Assembly (NCBI RefSeq): GCF_000497125.1
Contig: NC_090601.1
Span: 310,001-374,000 of the forward strand
Origin: Spironucleus salmonicida
Lineage: Eukaryota
Reading direction: 5' to 3'
Length of the DNA stretch: 64,000 nucleotides
The position numbers and the translations under genes are program-made. Numbering within the stretch: the stretch's first letter is position 1; each line of letters opens with the position of its first letter. A model generated the notes under the pieces. That model worked only from the letters and a program-made list of their open reading frames with translations. It was not told the DNA's origin and did no database searches. This document shows positions 53,609 through 64,000 of the stretch, piece by piece.

Positions 53609-55351
53609 TCACTCACTATCTTAGTAGTTAGCTAGGAAGATGGCATTCTGTAATAGATTAAGTTTTGATGGCGTTATTTTGAAGGCGAAAGATTGAAGAA
53701 TATATTAAAGATCTGAACATTTTTGAGATTATATAAATATCTTAAAAGATGCATAAATAGTGGAATTGATTAGAAATTCTACAACTTAATCAGGAGGTGA
53801 AGATATTAAAACTATTATAATACCTAAAGCTATTCTGCGCAATGGAGATGAATTTTATACTGATAATGAAAATTTAGGATAGCGTCCTCGCAAATATTAC
53901 AGAATTATGGAATCTCCATCAATATTTACGATTGCCTACATTGTTATTGACATTTTAGTTAAAGTTAAAGCGATAAATTCGTGCTGACGCCTTATTTTAG
54001 GCTTATTAAGTTAGAGACAGTCAAAATTATACTATTATATCATCTTTCTGATATACTCTTTAGTTAGTCTGGGTGATTTCTGTTTTATTATTTTACACTC
54101 TGGTATAACTTAGTAATCTGAAATCTCTTATTAAATAATAGTAGTTTAAGTTGTTTCCTCATCATATATTGGTTCTGGGAGGTTTAGAATTTAATTATGA
54201 AAATAATCAGTAAATGTACCTTGAAAATTTAGTGTAGTATCAACAATTTATTTTTAAAGTTCTGTAACCTCAATGTATTTTTATTATTATTACTAATTAA
54301 CAGCAATAATAAGTAGAATATCCATATCTTAATAATAATGATAGTCAGATAAATAATCATGGTAGCAATTAAGGATTACTGGAATAATAGGACTTTCAAC
54401 TTCTATCTGTAGTGTTTCGCCACTCTTAATTAGATGTTAGGCAATTAGTAAACAAATTAACAGTCTCCTGTGTTTTATTGAATTTTTAATACAAAATGAA
54501 TACGATTTATTTTTTAAAATTAATACAGTCATACCACTAATCTCGTAAATCCAACATTAAATAAATTTTTTGATGCAAAGTTAATCAGTAAATTATGAAA
54601 CGTATTAATAACTATTATCTAGATAATTCGCATAGTTTTACTCTTTAAAGCATCCTATATTCATTTTTTATATTTCTTTAACAGTATATAATAATGGAAA
54701 TTTGTACTAGATAAAATCATTTTTTAATTCAGACGAATACTCTTCTTAACCTATTACAAATTATTTCATATGATCATAATAAACTCCTAAATACTAATAA
54801 TTCAATCTTGATTTTTTTCCTTCACCAATTTCAAACGCGACATATTTATCTGCCTAAATTTCTTGTAATAAAGAAATTACTATATCTGTACTAGCATTGT
54901 ATCTTGCTTAGTGAATAGTTTTTATTATTTATTTTAGTTGTTCTTATGTAGCCTTTCTAGGGACCTCTAGTCTAATTTATCCACTTGGGGATAATGATAG
55001 TGCTAAAAAGGCTCCAATTAATCCGATTCTGGAATCACATGAATTTCTGATTTCAATTTATCCAGCTAATCTAGCACCTTCAAACTTTACCTCTATAAAA
55101 ATTGATCCAGAGTAAACAAAGGTTGATGCTTAAATTGTTGCGAGCTTTGGTGGTTTTAAAGGTGGTTTTGGTTTAAAGTTGGATGAAAAGTCTTTTAATG
55201 TAAAAGGTGGCGGTACTGGATATGGTGACATAAAGGGAAGATTCGCGTCAATAAGTGCTTATTATGCTTCTTTTTGTGGTAAATAAGTTGTATGTGGTAA
55301 TATATTTGGCGTAGAAAATCCACAAGGTGATGGTGAAGATGAAACACTCAT
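53609..55351 (-). CDS. hypothetical protein with Pro-rich N-terminus, 580 aa
   Basis: MSVSSSPSPCGFSTP...ANYQDSE* in frame, GAGTGA stop. Confidence 0.72.
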
Positions 55352-55394
55352 TATTTTATATACAACAATAAAAATATAATAATATCTTAATCAA

Positions 55395-55922
55395 TCACTT
55401 ATTTGACTATTAGCCTTTTCTATAATTTTATATCTAGGTGATGATCATATTAATTTCTTCGAATTCAGTAACCCTCATTTGGGAATAAAATTAGTCAAGA
55501 TTATGGCCTTGGCGTTCATAAATTAAAGCTTAAATGAACATATCTAATTTATCGCAATTCTTAACAAATTTTGCCTCTTAAGTAATACCATCCTCATAAT
55601 CAGTAAAAAATTTAACATAATCTGCATTATTTAATTTCTCAGAAATGATCTTAATAGCTTACAATTCTTTTTCATGCTTATCTTCTACTGACACTCCACA
55701 ATTTGGAGTAATATCACCTACCATACTTTCTTAAATGTCATGCATTAAAGCCATTTCAACTACTTTACTTCTGCAAAGCGTCTTTGGGCAAAGCTGAAAT
55801 GCCAAAAATGCTACACCAAATGAATGGGATCCTACAGTTTCTGGGTTTAAAATACTATTATGCACCCATCCAGTTCTTTATGTCTATTTGATATTATAAA
55901 TTTAAATAATTTAATCTAACAT
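55395..55922 (-). CDS. HD-domain hydrolase (HDDC2/YfbR-like 5'-deoxynucleotidase), 175 aa
   Basis: RTGWV...PETVGSHSFGVA...MALMHDIQESMVGDITP. Confidence 0.9.
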
Positions 55923-55961
55923 TATTAGCAATATTAACCAATACTAATTACATATAATAAA

Positions 55962-57209
55962 TCATTCACCAGTTTATTGTTAGTTTAACTGTATACTTCC
56001 TTTTTCACAAAGACCAGCTTACCATTTTTACCAACCCGTAGTCCATCTATCTTAGTCAAATATATTTTATCCTAAAATTTCATTAGGACTGATAGGGATA
56101 GGCCAATTATTATTTTGGCTTTTAACACTCATTAATATACAATCCGGAACATTTACAAAATTGTCTTATATAATTTTTTCGATCTCTAAGAATTGCTGAA
56201 TTTATATGTCCGCTAACTCCTTTAAAATAGATTTGAAATATGGAAATTATAGACACTCTTTGGCGGTAGGACGTGATTCTGGATCATATTATAAGCATGC
56301 TTTTAATAGTTATACTACCTCTTAATCCGCTAAACTTTAGTTTTCATCATTTACAAATTCTTCTAACTATCTCTCTTTAAAATTAGATAATTGACGTTTT
56401 CGTGTAGTTCCTATATCTACATTATATTTTTCACACATTTTAAATAGGTTTTCAGATCCCAAAACCTCTACTATTTTGTCCAACTAATTATTATTGTCTG
56501 AACCACGGAAGAAAGGTTAAATTTTAAAAATATATCCTGCCAACATGGTTGCAGCTGACCATATATCTAATGAATAATCATATAACTAATAATTGACTAA
56601 TAATTCTGGTGATTTATAATGGCGGGTAGCTACGCGATGATGCAAAGCCTTACCAGAATAAAATTCTGCTAAACCGAAATCTAGCAACGTCAATCTACGC
56701 GTATCTAAATTAGCACAGATATTGCCTCCTTTTACATCTCTATGAATAATACCATGTTAATGACAATAATCAAGAGCCAAAAAAAGCTAACCCATAAAGA
56801 GTCTGAGCATAGATGATGAAAGAGCATACTAGGTTAAAAGAGACTGTAATGATGCACCTGAAAATTCAGTAATGAATGCAGGATAATCTGAATTTTTGAC
56901 TTTTGTCATATCTTTTAGTGCCATAATATGAGGTCCGCCTAGTAGATTGGTTAAAATTTTAACTTCACGATAAACTTTTACATACTTAACAGGCTTTAAC
57001 ACTTTTATAACAATTGGCTCGTCACTATCATCTTTAAACCCTTTAAAAACGTCAGAGTACTTCCCATAACCTAGCTTCTCACATATTTTATATGAATCTT
57101 ACTAGGAAAATTATAAATTTATATGCTCATGGTAAGTAAAAGTCTAATCAAACTATTATAGAGCATCCTTATAACATCTTGGGTTAACAGGTATATGTTA
57201 CTATGACAT
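55962..57209 (-). CDS. CSNK2A: casein kinase 2 alpha subunit, 415 aa
   Basis: [68 protein letters not shown]. Confidence 0.93.
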
Positions 57210-57274
57210 AATTTAATTAGGAGTGGAAATAAAAAGAATAAATATTATATTATATAGTTAAAGAATTTTTCATT

Positions 57275-58411
<1,137 letters not shown>

Positions 58412-58732
58412 CTTTATTATTGGAAGGGAATATATTCATTAATATATCATTATACATCGTTGCATCATTATGAAAATTATTTAGAAATTAATATAAAATC
58501 CAGTCTTAATTTTAAAGTATATTACATATTAGAGTATTTGAGTTTTCTTGTATTATTAAATTTAATCTCCTATTCTTAAAATTATAAATATAAATACTTA
58601 ACTTATACAATATTAGCTTATTTGTACATCTTCTTTATTATATTTAGGTAGTCTGTTTTTATATATTTTCATAAAATTATAGCTTAATAATAATTATTAT
58701 ATATTATATAGTTTTATTGTTAATTACGCAAA

Positions 58733-59140
58733 ATGTCATTTAATCCTTACAACCCAGAACCATATTCACATCCAGGTCCATGCGCGTATACTCCAATTAA
58801 TATTGATAAAAGACGTCCAACTATTAAAACTAGATTTAATTGTATTAATTATGCAACTCACACAGAGCCAGCTGCTTATACTTTAAAATCCTGCCTTATC
58901 TCTAGGTAGCAAACAATATCGTAAGTTTATAAACCTCTGACAAAATTTGTGACACCTGCCCCAAGTAGGGATTTTTAAAATATTTTTTCAGAGCGAGGAA
59001 AGGTATATGAAAGATGTGGTATTGATTATCAATTAAGAGAGAAAAGTTAAGTGCCTGCATTCTATAATATAAAAAGTGAATTAGGCACTAAGAAACGGTC
59101 AATTCACTAAAAATGTAAAAATGGAATATTACTGATCTGA
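58733..59140 (+). CDS. small protein with degenerate PGPxxY (STPG/SHIPPO-like) motifs, 135 aa
   Basis: HPGPCAYTP, EPAAYT, TPAPS, VPAFYN. Confidence 0.55.
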
Positions 59141-59198
59141 TTTAGAACAATTTTTATTATATACTGTTTAATATAATCAAATTTTGCGCTCCATAATT

Positions 59199-60473
59199 AT
59201 GACTTCATAAGAGCTTAACGATCGTATCTTATAACTTATCAGTAAAGTTAATTAGCTGAAAATGGACAATACTTCAATTGATGGATTATAATAAACTAAC
59301 GAATATAATTTATTAAGAATTGATCGTTATGTTTCCGACATTTAATAACTTCGTAATGATAAAATGTCTTTATAACTAGAGCTTGGATAGCGTGGAAAGG
59401 AAATGCTAAGCGCAGTTAAAAGTTTAGAAAAAGCTGAAAAAGTTATTGAAAGATTAGTTGAGCAATAAAAAAATATGAATAGATAAAGTAATGCATCAGA
59501 AAACTAAATCTTAACTCTTAAAGAAAAACTTTAAGAGGTATCTAATTTATTATTTTAATCTGAGAAAGTCGCATAAATTAACAAATAATACAATTCTTCT
59601 GAGTTTATTAAATTAGAATCAGAAAATGAAAAACTTAAGCATTAATATCATTAATTATTATCTAAAAATTAGTAATCCTAGTTCAGAATTACAGATTTAG
59701 AAAATTAATTAAGCGAGTAAAGAATTTTACTTAATGACTATAAAAGATAGGCTGAGGCTTTAGAGGTCGATAATAAATTATTGGCAAAATCTTCAGCAGC
59801 ATTTCATTAAATTGAAAAATCCGATGAGTTAGATAAAGCTTCAACTGAGACATAAGTATTATAGTAAATTGATAAAATAGACGAATTAGAATAATAAGTT
59901 ACATCTTTAGAAAATGACAATGATTTACTTAAAGAGGATAACAAAAGACTTAACGTGGAAAATTAATGTATGAGAGAACAATTAAGAAAGGAAACGGAGC
60001 ATATGTTATCTGAATAATAAGAAGTTGAAGAAATATAAGAAGTTGAAGTGGATGATTTCGATGATGAAGACAAAGAAAAGGTTACTAAATAAGATAATAA
60101 GGAGATAACAGAAGACTTTGATGAGTAAACTGGTTAACTAGATGAACCATCATCTAGGCTGGAAGAAGCGTAAGAGACTATTTCGACGAAATAGACTAGT
60201 TAGTCTTCATAAAAACAAGCCATTTTATCTGATTCAAACATCAACTAAGAATAAATTAAAATAGAAAAAGTATAAGAAGATGACTTAATTAATATGGATA
60301 TTACATATTATTACTAAGTATCTCAACAATATGGTAATATTAGTATTTAAGATTAGTTTTAGCCCACTTCTTATTCCCCAGTATTTTACTATAGCTATTC
60401 TACATAATATGGTGAAAATATCTACTCTCCCGTATTTTATTACGAATACTAGACCTAATATAATGTTGACTGA
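59199..60473 (+). CDS. coiled-coil protein with acidic and Tyr/Gln-rich tail, 424 aa
   Basis: Heptad-rich N-terminal half; in-frame TGA 60471-60473. Confidence 0.78.
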
Positions 60474-60482
60474 ACAAAATTA

Positions 60483-60989
60483 TCATTAACTATATTTTTT
60501 TCTATATTCTGTAAACATACCGCTCATTTTTTCTTTATTGATTTCCTTTATAGCATACCTAATTGGTTAACTTATATTGGCACCTCTCAGCCGTTTTTAT
60601 TCTATCATATATTCTGACTATTTTCTCTTATCATTTTTTTCTTTGTCAAATTTCCCTTTTGCTGATAATTCATATTCTAACCTTATCCACAATGAATTAT
60701 TTGGTGACTTAACGATAAATTAATAGTGAGGAACATTATAACTTTAATTTAACAATTATGATTCAAATTTGTCAGGCAATTAAAATACTGATAGAGATTA
60801 GGCACATGAATAGTTACTTTTGTAAAAACTTTGATTACTCTCATTTCTCTCATTTCTACCTAGTATTGCACTTAACGATAGATCAGATTATTTTTTTGTT
60901 TACTTTGGTGTTTTAGTAATAGAATTTATAGACTGCTCTTACATAAGTAGCAATGTAGAAATTTTGAAAAGAGAAGACTATGGTCTCAT
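60483..60989 (-). CDS. hypothetical basic protein, 168 aa
   Basis: CCTTTCCAATA before ATG; continuous frame MRPQSSLFKIST...RKKYSQ*. Confidence 0.65.
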
Positions 60990-61012
60990 TATTGGAAAGG
61001 TAAATAAATTGA

Positions 61013-61687
61013 TCACTCAAATTTGTTAAAAGAGTTAATATCACAATTCTGGACATCATCTTCGAAAATTTCTTGGATTTTTTCTTGAATTTCATCTACA
61101 GAGCATATGTCATCAACAACCACACAAGGCATAGCAAGAAGCTTGACACCATAACAATGGTCAAGGAGTTCGCCTATACCCCACTTAAGACCTTCCATCT
61201 GGATCTTTTCAGGTATTTCCTTGAGTACCTTAGTCATATCGTTTTCATCACCATAGGGCTTGATATGGAAGACAATCATAGATCTCTCCTGCTTTTTAGG
61301 CTTAGCAGCCTTCCTAGCAGCAGCAGCTTTGATGGCAGCGGCAATAGCAGCCTTCTTAACTTCGTCAACTTCTTCTTCTTCAGAACCACCAAATGAGAAA
61401 TCAGAACCTTCTTCCTTGTCGTCCTTCTTCGTATCACACTTACCAGCAGAACACATAGCACAAGCAGTCACTTTACCAGTAAAAGTGCTTACTTCGGCGA
61501 GGGTATAAGTAGACATATGAGCCATCCATCTCTTGATATTGACTAAGTCATCAACCTTTAATTCAGACTTAGTGATACCACAATAGATAGCAGAATCGTT
61601 TTTAGAAATAGTGAAACCATCTAAATAAGCCTTATCAGCTAAGTGCTCGTTAAGCTTCTTCATACCAGCTGCATCAAAAGAGAACAT
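61013..61687 (-). CDS. EF1B: translation elongation factor 1 beta, 224 aa
   Basis: LNEHLADKAYLDG, NIKRW, FGGSEEE, RSMIVFHIKPYGDE, EGLKWG, YGVKLL, DVQNCDINSFNK. Confidence 0.96.
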   Translation of the reverse strand: MFSFDAAGMKKLNEHLADKAYLDGFTISKNDSAIYCGITKSELKVDDLVNIKRWMAHMSTYTLAEVSTFTGKVTACAMCSAGKCDTKKDDKEEGSDFSFGGSEEEEVDEVKKAAIAAAIKAAAARKAAKPKKQERSMIVFHIKPYGDENDMTKVLKEIPEKIQMEGLKWGIGELLDHCYGVKLLAMPCVVVDDICSVDEIQEKIQEIFEDDVQNCDINSFNKFE

Positions 61688-61791
61688 GTTAATGGAAAGA
61701 AATATGAAATTAAATTCATTATAAATTAATCTATAATATATATAATAAATGTATAAATATTAAGTTCTCCATCCTTAAATGAATCTTAGAA

Positions 61792-64000
61792 ATGTTACCT
61801 ATAGTTAAATAATAGTTTAAATCTTTGTTATGGCTTAAACTCAAATTTGTAAAGAAACACTATGTTTTATTAATAATTCGATTGTTGTTACCTTTGTTGT
61901 TAGGAATCATGATAACCGTATTTCCAAAAATTTTATATTCTTTTTAGATGCCGAAACTAATTTAATAATAAGTATAAAACTTTACTATAAATAGATGTTA
62001 TGTTATTGATTCAGAGGATGGTCCTTATGGGTATGGAGCTATACATAATGAACATACATAATAATGTACCACTTTAGCTATTTTCCCATAAAATAAATTA
62101 ACACAAAAGTTATAAGATATCATTATAGTTTAAAATAATTTGTCAAAGAAAGATATACGGTTTTTTGATAATGAATAATAATATTTAGAATATCTAGAAA
62201 CACATTAGTAATTTATTGATTTTGCTATACATGTTGAATCTAATCATAATTTTACAATTTATTATAACCATAGCAAAATTGAGCCTGATATGTATAAGTT
62301 ATATGGTAATGATGATTTTGGATAAAAAATATAAGGATAATTTTCAAGTATGGTCCTGACAATCTAGTTTTAGGTTTAAAATGCTCTTAATATTATAAAT
62401 AACATATAATAAAACCTAACTATTGGTTAAATACCTCCAGGTTTAAATACAATGGATGTTCGTATTCCTTCTGAATTTGTTAGTATGTTGCTAATTATAT
62501 TCATTTTAATAATTTAGTTAGTTTTCGTTAGTTATGATTTAATTTTAGACAAATAGCAAAGATCTTTATCATTGCTACGATTATTAGGAATGGTTGACTC
62601 TATATATTTGATGACTAATTTTATTTGGGAAATAGGAATATTTATTATAGAAATAATATTGTTTGTTTTCACTATTTTCATACATAACAATTCTTCATAC
62701 TTCTACTACATAGATTGTGTGCTCTTGTTTACTATGTTACTTATAACTGGGATTGCTACTACGGCATTTGCTTTTTTTGTTTCGTCAATTTGCTCGACAA
62801 TAAAAGCTGGTATATTTATATCGATTGGTTATTCTTCTTTATAAATTTGTGCTTTTATAATTTTCATTATAATGAACTCGGCGCATATTTTTGATTCATC
62901 GTTTTTATCTAAATGGATAGCTTATTTTCTACTATTTCTTTTTCCTTTATTACCAATATAAGTTATATTTTAACAAGCATTTAAAATAATTAATCCTGAA
63001 ATTTAATTAGATGAATAGTTAAAAATATAAATTATTATTGGTAATAAATTAAAGATGTAAAGTGCATTTAGTGAAAAATTAAGCTACAGTTGTTTAGTAT
63101 AGACGCAAAATGGATGTTAATTTTCTTAACCAACTATAGTATTCACGCTTTCTATTCTTATTATTTAAAGTTTTGTGTTTCTTTTCTTAGCATGGTCATT
63201 TTATGAATATATAGAAGATAATTATTCTACTATGCGTACTATGAAATAAATTTATTAACAAAAGGGATAATTAAGCAATGCTACTAACTCTTCTATGCAA
63301 AGATAACGTTGCAATCAATAATAGTATGAAAATATCATAGATTAGAACCAATAAGCTGATGAGAATTCTAAAATCTTAATTGCGGATTCTGTGCTTGGAA
63401 GAAATAATTAACATATAGTTTTATAAACACATTCATTGAAGAAAACATTTGCTTAATTTTAGGCAGTAAAATCATTATCAATGATTATTTAGAGAGGCCA
63501 ACTAATAAGTCTACTAGGATAAAATGGAAGTGGTAAAACAACATTTATCAATATGATAATAGGTGCGTTACGTCCAGACAAATCCATAACTGAGCTAAAT
63601 TAAGGATATGTGAATGGTTTTGACATTAGATCCCAAATATAGCAAATAAGATAGCAAATTGGAGTTTGTCCACAATTCTCTACTCTATTTGATTATTTAT
63701 CACCTTTGTAGCATTTATTATTGGCATAATTTTTGCGAAATGTTAGCTATACTTCTGCTGTTAAAAATGCTGAAGAAATGTTGCATGCTGTGCAACTATT
63801 TGATAGGAGGCATGATAGTGTTGATTCTCTAAGTGGTGGAATGCGTCGTAGAGTATCAATAGCTACAGCAATGGTTAATGATAATTCATTAATTATTCTC
63901 GATGAGCCTACCGGTTCACTTGACCCATAATGCAAAAGAATTATTTGGGATGCTATTAAATATGTTAAGAATGGAAGAAAAATTTATGACGGAAAAAGTT
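61792..64000 (+). CDS. ABCA-subfamily ABC transporter (runs off window end)
   Basis: N-terminal TM, extracellular domain, TM cluster, LLGQNGSGKTT, IGVCPQ, LSGGMRRRVSIA, IILDEPTGSLDP. Confidence 0.92.

Noticed and set aside
53720-53987. Plus-strand open frame and other shadow ORFs in the track (e.g. 9450, 18218, 39474, 61073)
   Set aside because: Antisense or alternative frames of better-supported genes

Overview
AT-rich, intron-free, very compact eukaryotic DNA in which TAA/TAG are read as glutamine and TGA is the only stop (translation table 6). The supplied ORF track therefore fragments almost every gene. Table 6, an AGTGA signal fused to stop codons, C-rich motifs just upstream of ATGs and a cysteine-rich membrane protein ending KKAKK together point to a hexamitid diplomonad, most like Spironucleus. 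Re-read in table 6, the window holds about 40 genes. These include the primase small subunit, a Sac1 phosphatase, a GYF protein, pantothenate kinase, a CRMP surface protein, two head-to-head CHY/RING ligases, a 5,090-aa axonemal dynein heavy chain, a pseudokinase, a zf-HIT protein, eIF6, a PHD protein, an HD hydrolase, CK2-alpha, an STE20 kinase, EF-1 beta and an ABCA transporter. Two structures are not explained by the gene list. (1) A 2,179-bp inverted duplication (42632-44810 / 46393-48571) duplicates two whole genes, leaves a 5'-truncated eIF6 copy and creates an in-frame chimeric gene with an alternative N-terminus. Its ancestral arrangement can be reconstructed from the junctions. (2) Sub-kb to kb-scale C-rich to G-rich strand-skew switches recur inside single genes regardless of gene orientation, often centred on GC peaks. 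This resembles footprints of fixed replication origins or break/recombination hotspots. All translations and counts were done by eye; starts are best guesses, and long ORFs were checked by frame arithmetic and partial reading.
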